DNA of 64,000 nucleotides from a virus. The notes under the pieces are model-generated. The model did not search any database. It was not told the origin of the DNA and worked only from the letters and a program-made list of their open reading frames with translations. Both the position numbers and the translations under genes were made by a program. Below, in pieces: positions 1 to 8,051 of the stretch (positions are counted from its first letter, which is position 1; each line of letters begins with the position of its first letter). The stretch lies in the IMG/VR virus record IMGVR_UViG_3300030397_000629; one strand, given 5' to 3'.

Positions 1-314
1 CTGCCGGTCTGTTGAACCTCACCAAATTTGCATTTGTAAATCAACAACTCAAAGTCAGTGCCTCTGTTTTCAGGCATCCTTGAAAGTGCTTGCTCAAAGC
101 TCAAGCCGTTGGTCATGACTGAGAGTTTTTTGCTTTTCAATACATATACAAAGCCGTCACTCTTTTCTGACTCAATCAACTCATTTAGCCTGCGCTCAAG
201 CTCTTTCTTTTCAATGATGCCATAAAAGAAAGCCTCAATCATTGTTTTAACTTTGTTCCAACGTCTCAGCCTTTCTTTCAAGTTTTTAGGCAAGTCCTGC
301 AATGTGTTTTTCAT
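1..314 (-). CDS. hypothetical early protein (runs off the window edge)
   Basis: ATG at 314 preceded by TTAACCGTTAA; open frame MKNTLQDLPKNLKERLRRW... to position 1. Confidence 0.7.
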   Translation of the reverse strand, partial: MKNTLQDLPKNLKERLRRWNKVKTMIEAFFYGIIEKKELERRLNELIESEKSDGFVYVLKSKKLSVMTNGLSFEQALSRMPENRGTDFELLIYKCKFGEVQQTG

Positions 315-329
315 GATTAACGGTTAAAT

Positions 330-788
330 TTAAGTTATTTCAATACCTGTTGCACCCTCAATGTAAAAGGGCAGCAGGTGTTTAGGTATATCCTTAAAAG
401 CAACGTCAGGCGTTTCACCGTCCACAACAAAAGTCAGGTCAAACCTCAGGCCGCCAACTGAGTCAACAATCATAAACCTTGAGCCTGTTTTATTTGGCCT
501 TATCCTGCAAGATAGGTGTGACATGCTTGTTACAAAATGCAGTGCATTTGTTGCCAATTTTGTCCAAGCATCATGCCCGCCAATAGCGTTAAAAATTATA
601 TTTGCTTGGTGTTTTTCCGAGATGTTACTCATGATTGCTTTTTTATATTGTCTTTTGACTGTGTGGTTTTTAACATCAGCCTTTGTGATGAATAGAAAGT
701 CACAACTCTTGCTAAGTGTCTTGAATGCACGAGGGTTGGCTTTCAGGTAATTCAAGTAAATAAGTCTTAACCTTTTAATCTTGTCCAT
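330..788 (-). CDS. hypothetical phage early protein
   Basis: 152-aa ORF, co-oriented in early cluster, AAATCCTTTTCA leader like neighbours. Confidence 0.75.
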   Translation of the reverse strand: MDKIKRLRLIYLNYLKANPRAFKTLSKSCDFLFITKADVKNHTVKRQYKKAIMSNISEKHQANIIFNAIGGHDAWTKLATNALHFVTSMSHLSCRIRPNKTGSRFMIVDSVGGLRFDLTFVVDGETPDVAFKDIPKHLLPFYIEGATGIEIT

Positions 789-827
789 TGAAAAGGATTT
801 GTGCCCGGCTGAGTGCCGGGCCTATTA

Positions 828-1187
828 TTAAGCGGCTTTGAGCCTTTTCTCAATTATATTCGTTTTTACAGCACTCCTGACTGCATACTTGTCAACTGCA
901 ATGTATTGCAAATCAACATGCACAAAAAGTGTCGGTTTGGCAGCGCCGCCTTTCGGTTGTATATACTTTGTCCAATTGGCGGTAACAACGCGAGTTGTGA
1001 CGGTCGGCTCTTGCCCTTTCTTGCCTTTCTTGATGTACTTAATAACAAAAGCGTCAGCGTTTTCTTTGATCGTTGCATGAGCAAGCTTTAATGCCTTAGA
1101 CCATGACAACCCCATTGCATAATGCAGGTTGTTTGCGAGTGTTCTGACTAAGCTGCAATATCTTTTGTAATTAATTTTTTGAGTCAT
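828..1187 (-). CDS. small phage protein, possibly DUF2693/WYL-like SH3 fold
   Basis: N-terminal helical LSWSKALKLAH segment followed by FVIKYIKK...TRVVT, resembling Bacteroidota phage DUF2693 proteins; directly downstream of repeated promoter. Confidence 0.4.
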   Translation of the reverse strand: MTQKINYKRYCSLVRTLANNLHYAMGLSWSKALKLAHATIKENADAFVIKYIKKGKKGQEPTVTTRVVTANWTKYIQPKGGAAKPTLFVHVDLQYIAVDKYAVRSAVKTNIIEKRLKAA

Positions 1188-1201
1188 CGCTCTGTGTGTT
1201 T

Positions 1202-1275
1202 TTAATCGTTAACTAATACAATACAAATATACTAACAAAAATGTTACCATGCAACAGGTAAAGTGTTAAAGTTTT
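1202..1275 (-). promoter_or_regulatory. repeated early promoter unit (Bacteroidota sigma70 -7/-33) with operator
   Basis: minus strand TATATTTG (1224-1231), TTG 20 nt upstream (1252-1254), CTAACA-AAAA-TGTTAC in the spacer (1232-1247). Confidence 0.8.
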
Positions 1276-1331
1276 GAAACAAAAAAGGCAGCCTAAAAAA
1301 GACCGCCCTTTATTAATTACCAGACTAGCGA

Positions 1332-1751
1332 CTAATAAATCGTAATGTCATTTGCAGCGCCCTCTTTGCCGTTTGGCCCATAGATGTACCGCTCTTTCTC
1401 TTCGCCCTCAGGACAACCAGCGTCTTGCCACTGTTGCCAACCTTGAGAAAACCAATAATTGTGCCCGTATCCCTTATAGCAATTGTTCGCGTGCAATATG
1501 CTTGTGCACATAACTCTGACGCCTGCCTTATAGCTCTGAGAGTGAGAAAGACTTTTCAGCGCCTCATTTGCTACTGAAACATAAAGGTCTCTGTCAACCG
1601 TCTTTCTGCCGGTGCGTGCAACAATAGCTGCAATTCTGCTGAAATAATCATTCACGCCTTTGAAAAAGTCGTCATTTACAAAACTGCCAGTGCGTTGCAC
1701 CTGCTCGTCTCTCTTTGAAATTACTGACTGAAAGCTAATTCTCTTTGCCAT
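1332..1751 (-). CDS. hypothetical early protein
   Basis: 139-aa ORF downstream of repeated promoter. Confidence 0.75.
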   Translation of the reverse strand: MAKRISFQSVISKRDEQVQRTGSFVNDDFFKGVNDYFSRIAAIVARTGRKTVDRDLYVSVANEALKSLSHSQSYKAGVRVMCTSILHANNCYKGYGHNYWFSQGWQQWQDAGCPEGEEKERYIYGPNGKEGAANDITIY

Positions 1752-1762
1752 TGAAAAGGATT

Positions 1763-1850
1763 TTAACCGTTAACTAATAATTACAATACAAATATACTAA
1801 CAAAAATGTTACTGCGCAAGTACTAAAGTGTTAAGGAAATGTTAAAGCTT
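1763..1850 (-). promoter_or_regulatory. repeated early promoter unit with operator
   Basis: near copy of 1202-1275 and 3924-4010; operator 1797-1812; TGTTAAGGAAATGTTAA upstream element. Confidence 0.8.
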
Positions 1851-1924
1851 TTAATCAAAAGCGGGCAATGCCCTACTTTCAGAGCAATGCCCGCCTCACA
1901 CATTCTGCTTGTTTACATACTTCT

Positions 1925-2275
1925 TTAAAAGGCAATCTGCCAGCTATACCCGGCTTTACTTACTGCGTCATTTACAACGGCTTGGTAAAATGCAAAAGCT
2001 TTCGCCTCATAAATGCCTTTGTATTTGTCGTTGTCTCCTGCAATCTTTAGTATTTCGGCTTTCAGTGCCTCTGTTGCTGTTATCTCTGTAAACCGCTGCC
2101 TTGTGCTCATGATGCGCTTGCAAATCCTCTTGAGGCTGCTTAAAAAGCGCCGCCTGCCCTCAATTGTCGGCATTGGTATCTGTTCAATAGTAGGGTAAGA
2201 AAATTGCACCTGCTCATCTTTTAATGCAGAGGGTTGCAAATCAATCCTTGATAGTACGCCTTTAAGTGTCAGCAT
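1925..2275 (-). CDS. hypothetical protein
   Basis: ORF 1925-2332; likely start MLTLKG at 2275, coupled to the upstream stop. Confidence 0.65.
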   Translation of the reverse strand: MLTLKGVLSRIDLQPSALKDEQVQFSYPTIEQIPMPTIEGRRRFLSSLKRICKRIMSTRQRFTEITATEALKAEILKIAGDNDKYKGIYEAKAFAFYQAVVNDAVSKAGYSWQIAF

Positions 2276-2888
2276 GTTCTTTGTTTTTATTGGCTCGCAA
2301 ATCTGCTCTTTGCAGGTTGTTGAGGGCATCACAGCATGTTACGCCAACAAATGACTCAGGCCCAAGCTTTATATCAGCAGCAAAGATACCTGCCGCCTCA
2401 ACGAGGTCAAGCTCATAGTCTTTTGTTATTCCCTCAATGATGTTGCCAAGGTTGGTAATTTTAAAGTCTGTTCTATAAATCCAAAGTGTAAAGCCGGTTG
2501 AGTATTCTGCTTTGTTGCTGTTGATGTTGATTGCAACGGAATTGTAGTCATAAATCCTTACACCAACAGAAATGTCAGTCAATTCAAAGCTGATGTGATT
2601 GAGTAAAAAGCCAAGCATCTCACCCCTAACAGAGTCCTCAATATTGACGTGATTGTTGCTAATTACTTGCACATCTTGATAGTATGCAAATGTTTGAGGC
2701 ATTTTTTTTGCGCCTGAAAACTCACCGCTGATAAAGTCACAGGTTACCACAATTGGCGGCTTTCTCTGTGTTATTTTTTGCTCAGGCTCGAACTCTCTGT
2801 ATTCAATGCCTTTAATAACTGCATCGCCTTTTAACAGCCTCATTATTTGATTGACCTCAAGCTCATGAGCTTTTATCTTGCTTTTCAT
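2262..2888 (-). CDS. hypothetical protein
   Basis: 208-aa ORF, TTAACCGTTAA immediately before ATG. Confidence 0.8.
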   Translation of the reverse strand: MKSKIKAHELEVNQIMRLLKGDAVIKGIEYREFEPEQKITQRKPPIVVTCDFISGEFSGAKKMPQTFAYYQDVQVISNNHVNIEDSVRGEMLGFLLNHISFELTDISVGVRIYDYNSVAININSNKAEYSTGFTLWIYRTDFKITNLGNIIEGITKDYELDLVEAAGIFAADIKLGPESFVGVTCCDALNNLQRADLRANKNKEHADT

Positions 2889-2941
2889 TTAACGGTTAAT
2901 TTTGCCGGGCTGATTAAGGCCCGGCTGATGATCAAAATAAT

Positions 2942-3199
2942 TTACTTTTTATCTCTGTCTCTGTTCATGAAATATTGCGCATTGTCGCTTGTGTGTTGCT
3001 TATTGACAGTCCTGCCGTCAACCTTTTCAATTCTTGATGTAGTGCCTTTAAAGTAGTGCGTTTGCCCGTTGGTCATTGACTTTAAAGACTCATCTGAGGG
3101 CAGTGTCAAGTGTGATGCTGTTCTCAAGATGTGTGTTTTTAAGTCTTTCCAATTGTTAAACCGCTGAGCCAGTTTTTGACCGTCATTAAATAAATACAT
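2942..3199 (-). CDS. hypothetical protein
   Basis: 85-aa ORF flanked by GCCGGG hairpins. Confidence 0.7.
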   Translation of the reverse strand: MYLFNDGQKLAQRFNNWKDLKTHILRTASHLTLPSDESLKSMTNGQTHYFKGTTSRIEKVDGRTVNKQHTSDNAQYFMNRDRDKK

Positions 3200-3260
3200 G
3201 CTTTAAAAGGTTTTATTGATAAAATAAAAGCGTGCCGGGCATGACACCCGGCTTTATTTT

Positions 3261-3545
3261 TTATGCAATTACCTTGTCAAAGGTATCTGCTTTAATTACG
3301 CTGATTTCGTTGCACACAACCTGCCTGATGCCACTGAGTTGCAAATTTACGCCTGTGCAATGTATATCAGACTCAAGAGCAACAGCCTCTTTGCCGTCAT
3401 GTCTGAAATGAATTTCAGTAACACCATTGTAACGGGTTGCATTGTCATCACAATCAAGTACAAGCACCTGAAAGCCTTGTCTGCTTTTAAACTCATGCTC
3501 TGTGTTGCTGTCAAGTACTGCTGAGAAGAAAGTGAAATTTGCCAT
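3261..3545 (-). CDS. hypothetical protein
   Basis: likely start MANFTFF at 3545, with AACCGTTAA-type motif upstream. Confidence 0.65.
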   Translation of the reverse strand: MANFTFFSAVLDSNTEHEFKSRQGFQVLVLDCDDNATRYNGVTEIHFRHDGKEAVALESDIHCTGVNLQLSGIRQVVCNEISVIKADTFDKVIA

Positions 3546-3609
3546 GAAAAAGATTTTAAAACCGTTAACAAATAAAGGCGTGCCCGGCACTCTGCCGGGC
3601 TGCTATTTC

Positions 3610-3912
3610 TTACTTTAGTTTTTGCCGCTCTGTCATCATTTCAATGTACTCATCTTTTGACAACTCACCGCACATTGAATCAATTTGCCAAAGCAAATAG
3701 GCGTCATCAACAAGACCCGCTGCAAACATTCTTTCTTGCATTCTGCTAAGCTTGCAAGAAAGGTCATTGTCGTCACCGCAAAAGCTTGAGCAATCAACTG
3801 CAACCGCCCAATTGCGCCGCATGTTAAACTCTTGAACCTCTTTCTGAGTCTGCTTAACTCTTGCCGGGTACTGCTCTTTTTGTAGTTGTATTGCTTCTTG
3901 AAATGTCATCAC
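3610..3912 (-). CDS. hypothetical protein
   Basis: 100-aa ORF downstream of repeated promoter. Confidence 0.7.
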   Translation of the reverse strand: MMTFQEAIQLQKEQYPARVKQTQKEVQEFNMRRNWAVAVDCSSFCGDDNDLSCKLSRMQERMFAAGLVDDAYLLWQIDSMCGELSKDEYIEMMTERQKLK

Positions 3913-3923
3913 TTTATTTGCTT

Positions 3924-4010
3924 TTAATCGTTAACTAATAATTACAATACAAATATAGTTACAAATTTGTTACTGCGCAAGTACTAAAGTGTTAAGGAAA
4001 TGTTAAGGTT
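3924..4010 (-). promoter_or_regulatory. repeated early promoter unit with operator
   Basis: CAAATATA on + strand (TATATTTG on -), GTTACA-AATT-TGTTAC 3958-3973, almost identical to 1763-1850. Confidence 0.8.
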
Positions 4011-4011
4011 T

Positions 4012-4458
4012 TCACTTGCTCGCTTGCTGCTCTTTCCAAGCTTTCAAGCACTCTCTTATCTGTTGCAGTCTCATTGAATAAAATTGACCTTGCCCAATAA
4101 TGTCAACCCTGTACTCATCATCTGTAAACTCGCAAACGATGTCTTTGCATGCAATGATGCTTGGGTATTTTAAAGGCTCATCAACGTGCTCAAGAATCAC
4201 ATGACCGTCAAATTTATCTCTGTTGAGTGTGTCGCCGGTCTCGTTGTCATAGCACACAAAATAAACACCCTCACTTGACACCTCTTGCAATCTTCTCTCA
4301 AGGTACTTTTCTCTTGCTTTTAATGCGTCGCCAAAAGTCATAACAGGCTGCTCTTTCTCTGCCTGCCTGCCAAGCCCAATGACCTCTTTTTGCTGCTCAA
4401 GACTTGCACCAAGTCCAAACACTTTTGTTTTTTTGATTAACTCATGCATCTTACTCAC
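4012..4458 (-). CDS. hypothetical protein
   Basis: 148-aa ORF in early cluster. Confidence 0.7.
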   Translation of the reverse strand: MSKMHELIKKTKVFGLGASLEQQKEVIGLGRQAEKEQPVMTFGDALKAREKYLERRLQEVSSEGVYFVCYDNETGDTLNRDKFDGHVILEHVDEPLKYPSIIACKDIVCEFTDDEYRVDIIGQGQFYSMRLQQIRECLKAWKEQQASK

Positions 4459-4504
4459 TGTATTGAAAGTTTGTGCCCGGCATCTCTGCCGGGCGGGTTA
4501 AAAT

Positions 4505-4786
4505 TTAATTTCCGTAATACTCTAAAAACGCCTTTTTCACGTTCTCAATGGTCAGGAATTTGACCGCCGTGCCCGTCAGGTACTTTTTAAAAGCGCCTGC
4601 TTGAAAGGCAGCAAGAAACATGTAATAAAGGTACTCAGGCAAAAGCACGTCAGTATCAATGACAGTGATTTCAAAGCAGTTAGCAATTGCCTCTTTTAAA
4701 GGCTTGCCTGCGTTCTCACCGTGAGACTGCACAAAGAAATGAGCCTTTGTTGCTTTCCCTGAGTAAGTTTTGATTGTAAACGGCAT
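4505..4786 (-). CDS. DUF6943-like small protein (resembles a fragment of a type I R-M specificity domain)
   Basis: NAGKPLKEAIANCF and PEYLYYMF...YLTGTAVKFLTI motifs match my recollection of Bacteroidota DUF6943. Confidence 0.6.
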   Translation of the reverse strand: MPFTIKTYSGKATKAHFFVQSHGENAGKPLKEAIANCFEITVIDTDVLLPEYLYYMFLAAFQAGAFKKYLTGTAVKFLTIENVKKAFLEYYGN

Positions 4787-4800
4787 GAATAAAAGGTTTG

Positions 4801-4915
4801 AATCGTTAACTAATTAATACATTACAAAGATAGTAACAAAACCGTTATCATGCAATAGTGTAAATGTTAAGGAAATGTTAAAGCTTTGATGCAACAAAAA
4901 AGTTATCTTTGCGCA
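4801..4915. promoter_or_regulatory. divergent promoter pair: early unit (-) and sulfotransferase promoter (+)
   Basis: minus TATCTTTG (CAAAGATA on +) with operator 4833-4848; plus TATCTTTG at 4904-4911 overlapped by GCAACA-AAAA-AGTTAT. Confidence 0.7.
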
Positions 4916-5533
4916 ATGCAAAATAAGTCAATACTAATTAGCGGGACATTCAGAGGCGGCACAACTGCTGTTACAAACATTATAAAGGCTCTTGGTGTGC
5001 CTCTTGCCGGTCAGGTCACTCAGAAAACGCTTGAGGACATTAAAGTAAGGCGGCTAATGCACAGCAATCTCAACGTTGATTCATACGCCTTGATTCGCCT
5101 TGCAAAAAAATACACAACTGAGCACGGCACCTTTGCAATTAAATACCCTCATCTATTTAAACACATGAGCACCTGCTTGCAGGCTTTCTTGCGCCCTTAC
5201 TTTGTAATTGTTACCCGTGACCCGTTGGCAGTTGCTTACTCTGAGGCAAGGCACAAAGACGGCAGCCCTGACTTTATTGATAATTTTATGCGGGCATCAT
5301 ACGATGCGCAGCACGCCTTGAGATGTACTTTAAATCACCCTGATGCTAAAATAAAGCTCATCAGCTTTGAGTACTTAATTTCCCCGTCAAGAAACAAGCA
5401 GGAAATAAAAAAGCTCGCTGAGTGGCTTGAATTAAAGCCAAGCGCCGCAACAATCAGTGAGATTGCGGCGGCGCTTGTGGTGCCCGAAATAGAAGAGGGT
5501 AAAAAGGTAAAAACAAACTACCCTATTTTTTAA
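4916..5533 (+). CDS. sulfotransferase family protein (PAPS-dependent, P-loop)
   Basis: 5'-PSB loop ILISGTFRGGTTAV, 3'-PB motif IVTRDPLAVAYS, C-terminal ISFEYL...EIKKLAEWL; start taken at MQNKS after the -7 box. Confidence 0.8.
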   Translation: MQNKSILISGTFRGGTTAVTNIIKALGVPLAGQVTQKTLEDIKVRRLMHSNLNVDSYALIRLAKKYTTEHGTFAIKYPHLFKHMSTCLQAFLRPYFVIVTRDPLAVAYSEARHKDGSPDFIDNFMRASYDAQHALRCTLNHPDAKIKLISFEYLISPSRNKQEIKKLAEWLELKPSAATISEIAAALVVPEIEEGKKVKTNYPIF

Positions 5534-5741
5534 CGTCTGTAAACACATTTTGCTTTAATTCCCTCACCGCTTCTGTTACTGTGTTTTCATGTACTTGTGA
5601 GGTCTCACCGTCCCAAAGAAAGCCGTCTTTTAAGTATATCCAAATCCCGTTGCCAAGGCTGCGCTCATCAGATACGCTTTCAATTTTTTTCTTGTGAATT
5701 TTTGGCAGTCTGTCAATTGTTCTTATGCCTGTGTTTTCCAT
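5523..5741 (-). CDS. hypothetical protein
   Basis: 72-aa ORF convergent with the sulfotransferase. Confidence 0.65.
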   Translation of the reverse strand: MENTGIRTIDRLPKIHKKKIESVSDERSLGNGIWIYLKDGFLWDGETSQVHENTVTEAVRELKQNVFTDVKK

Positions 5742-5745
5742 GCTG

Positions 5746-6420
5746 TTAAAGGTTTAAAAATCCAAGAATAGTATTGAGGTCTTTGTGTGCGGTCTCAAAG
5801 AACAACCTGCCTCTAAAGAGGGTTTTTTCTTTTGCGCTGAGTGTATTCTCACCGTTTTCTTTCTTTGAAATAAACTCACGCTTTTTCACAGATATTCCAA
5901 AATGATTAATGTATTCGTTTCCAGTATATGCCGTTGGCAGTTCTATGTTAATTATTGAGTAATGAGATGCAAGTGACATTGTTTTTACCGTGCCGTCAGA
6001 CATTTGATCGAACACGTTAAAACCGTGATGCTGAGCAACAATTTTCATCAGTTGAGTCAAGTCTTTCCAAGCACCCTGATTTTCGTACTCATAAGGCCAA
6101 CAGTCGTCATTTACGTACTCTTCATTGTGCGTAAAAGGAATTTTAAGCTCAAGGTCAAATATTGGCAATTCAACGGGCAGCATTGAAAACGGCAGCCTGA
6201 AAGGCACCCCATACAGTACGGTGTTCTTGTTGATAAAATTGTTGCATTCCGAGAACGTGTCAAAATAAACAATGCCGTTAGTTGCGTTGCCGTTAAAGTC
6301 ATTAACAGCGCTTGAAATTTCATCTTTATTTTCTGTCTTGTAAAGTATTGAGTTTTGATTTATTACAAAGACGTCTTTGTTATTTGAGTTCATAACAGTT
6401 AATTTTGTTGTGTTAAGCAA
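5746..6420 (-). CDS. hypothetical protein
   Basis: 224-aa ORF (ATG start probably 6393). Confidence 0.65.
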   Translation of the reverse strand: MLNTTKLTVMNSNNKDVFVINQNSILYKTENKDEISSAVNDFNGNATNGIVYFDTFSECNNFINKNTVLYGVPFRLPFSMLPVELPIFDLELKIPFTHNEEYVNDDCWPYEYENQGAWKDLTQLMKIVAQHHGFNVFDQMSDGTVKTMSLASHYSIINIELPTAYTGNEYINHFGISVKKREFISKKENGENTLSAKEKTLFRGRLFFETAHKDLNTILGFLNL

Positions 6421-6521
6421 TATTTAAAAGAGGTAGTAATGCAGAAAGGCTTGCAGTTTATGCGGGCCTTTCGTATTTTTAAGACCTCAATTAGTGTTTA
6501 ATTTCATAGTATTGTTACGAG

Positions 6522-6562
6522 GCGGCTGCTGTGTAAGAGTCACAGCAGCCGCTTTTACTTTT
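6522..6562. terminator. intrinsic terminator-like hairpin
   Basis: perfect 12-bp stem GCGGCTGCTGTG/CACAGCAGCCGC followed by T-rich tail. Confidence 0.75.
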
Positions 6563-7521
6563 TAGCTCATTGAGGCAGCAAGCTCAGCAAAGACTTTGTT
6601 TTCATCACGGTGCAGATGACCGGCAAACTTTTCTTTATCTCTGTTCTTTGCATTGTCGCCTGCATACATGTGAGTTGTATAATAGGTAACACCATTCCAA
6701 AGACCCCAAAGAGTTGAGCCTTTTTGTCCAATTTCATGGTCAAGGCATTCCTTTACAAGGTCAACTTTGATTCTTGTGCGGGCATTCATACTTTTAACCT
6801 CTTCTGATGCGTTTGGCAACAACTGCTCAGCTTTCACTTTGGTCAGCATTTCAACAACTCTGTTATATGCCTTTGTGCTCAATTTAACCTCACTCATTTT
6901 ACCGTAAATCTCAAGAGCTTTCTTTGTGGTCTTTTTAACCTCTTCTGAAAGCTTGAGCAGTTCTTTCAATTTCTTGCTCATTCCCTCACTATGTCTGATT
7001 GAGTTTTGTTTGCCAAGCATGCGGTTGTTTGCCCTGAAAGTATTTGAGCAGGAAATTACAAGGTCAGAGTAGCCAAAACGCAGTGCAAATTTCAGGTCAT
7101 GTGATGTTGTCACTGTTGCATACTGCTTGACGGTATCATTGTTTTGACCAATGCCGTCAATACTGCCTGTATTGATTTGAACGTAAGGCCAAGCACCCTC
7201 ACAAAGTGCACCTGCGCTTGCTATGTCAAAATCAAGATGACGAGCAACCAACAACGCAAGCATGACTGCACTGTGATTTTGAAAAGGCACATAGTCCTCA
7301 CCAACCGGGCCAAACCAAGAGCCGTCATCTGTGCGGCGTGTGGCAAAGATGCCTGTGTTTTCACCTTGGAATTGCAGAGGGTGTTTCTCAACTCCAAAAT
7401 CAAGACCGTACTTTTTACAAATGCTATCTGCTTTTTTAGTCAGGTCATTAGTGTTAACATGAGGCATAACCTCATTTGCTGATTCAATAATAATTTCAGA
7501 GAATTGATCTTTTAAATTCAT
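6562..7521 (-). CDS. DUF932 / TIGR03299 phage-plasmid family protein
   Basis: GLDFGVEKHPL, GPVGEDYVPFQN, TTSHD, ISCSNTF, IRHSEG and TLWGLWNGVTYYTTH motifs. Confidence 0.85.
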   Translation of the reverse strand: MNLKDQFSEIIIESANEVMPHVNTNDLTKKADSICKKYGLDFGVEKHPLQFQGENTGIFATRRTDDGSWFGPVGEDYVPFQNHSAVMLALLVARHLDFDIASAGALCEGAWPYVQINTGSIDGIGQNNDTVKQYATVTTSHDLKFALRFGYSDLVISCSNTFRANNRMLGKQNSIRHSEGMSKKLKELLKLSEEVKKTTKKALEIYGKMSEVKLSTKAYNRVVEMLTKVKAEQLLPNASEEVKSMNARTRIKVDLVKECLDHEIGQKGSTLWGLWNGVTYYTTHMYAGDNAKNRDKEKFAGHLHRDENKVFAELAASMS

Positions 7522-7555
7522 GACTTAATATTTGAAAGGTTTAACAAAAATGTTA

Positions 7556-7795
7556 CTATCTACGGTACTTTAAAAGGTCAGAAAGAAGCATTCTTTTCTG
7601 CCCAAAGTCATAACCTGTTTTAGTGTTGAATTTTGTGTAAACAAAATCGGCATGAGCGCCAACGGTATCAATAAAATCAAACAAGCTGCTTATGCTTTGA
7701 AACATGCCTATCATTTTAGGCTGCCTGTTTTCTCTAAGCTGCTCAAGAGTGTAACCGACTTTGGAAACTGACTTGTTATTTGATGTGTCTTTCAC
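7556..7795 (-). CDS. hypothetical protein
   Basis: 79-aa ORF, first gene of the leftward early unit. Confidence 0.65.
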   Translation of the reverse strand: MKDTSNNKSVSKVGYTLEQLRENRQPKMIGMFQSISSLFDFIDTVGAHADFVYTKFNTKTGYDFGQKRMLLSDLLKYRR

Positions 7796-7809
7796 TGCTT
7801 ATTGTGTTT

Positions 7810-7862
7810 TTAACCGTTAACTACAATACAAATGTAATGACCTTTTTGTTACCATGCAAGTT
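7810..7862 (-). promoter_or_regulatory. early promoter unit (degenerate operator)
   Basis: CAAATGTA on + strand (TACATTTG on -), half operator TGTTAC 7847-7852, TGCAA -33. Confidence 0.7.
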
Positions 7863-8051
7863 TTTAACCGTTAATTATGTGTAATTATTGCAAATAGTTT
7901 TATGAGCAAAGTGCAAAGTGATGCTTTTCAATTAGTAATAATTACGAATGATGCACACAATTATCAAATAACACTGCCGTCACTTTACATTATCCCTTTT
8001 AACTAGTTAACTTTACCGTTAAGAACTTACCAAAAAAATCAAGCTCATCAG

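Noticed and set aside
1202-7862. Regularly recurring ~70-bp repeats as a CRISPR array
   Set aside because: Intervals are hundreds to thousands of bp of coding DNA, the repeats contain promoter boxes, and there are no cas genes; the Cas4-like ORF is a recombination exonuclease next to an SSAP
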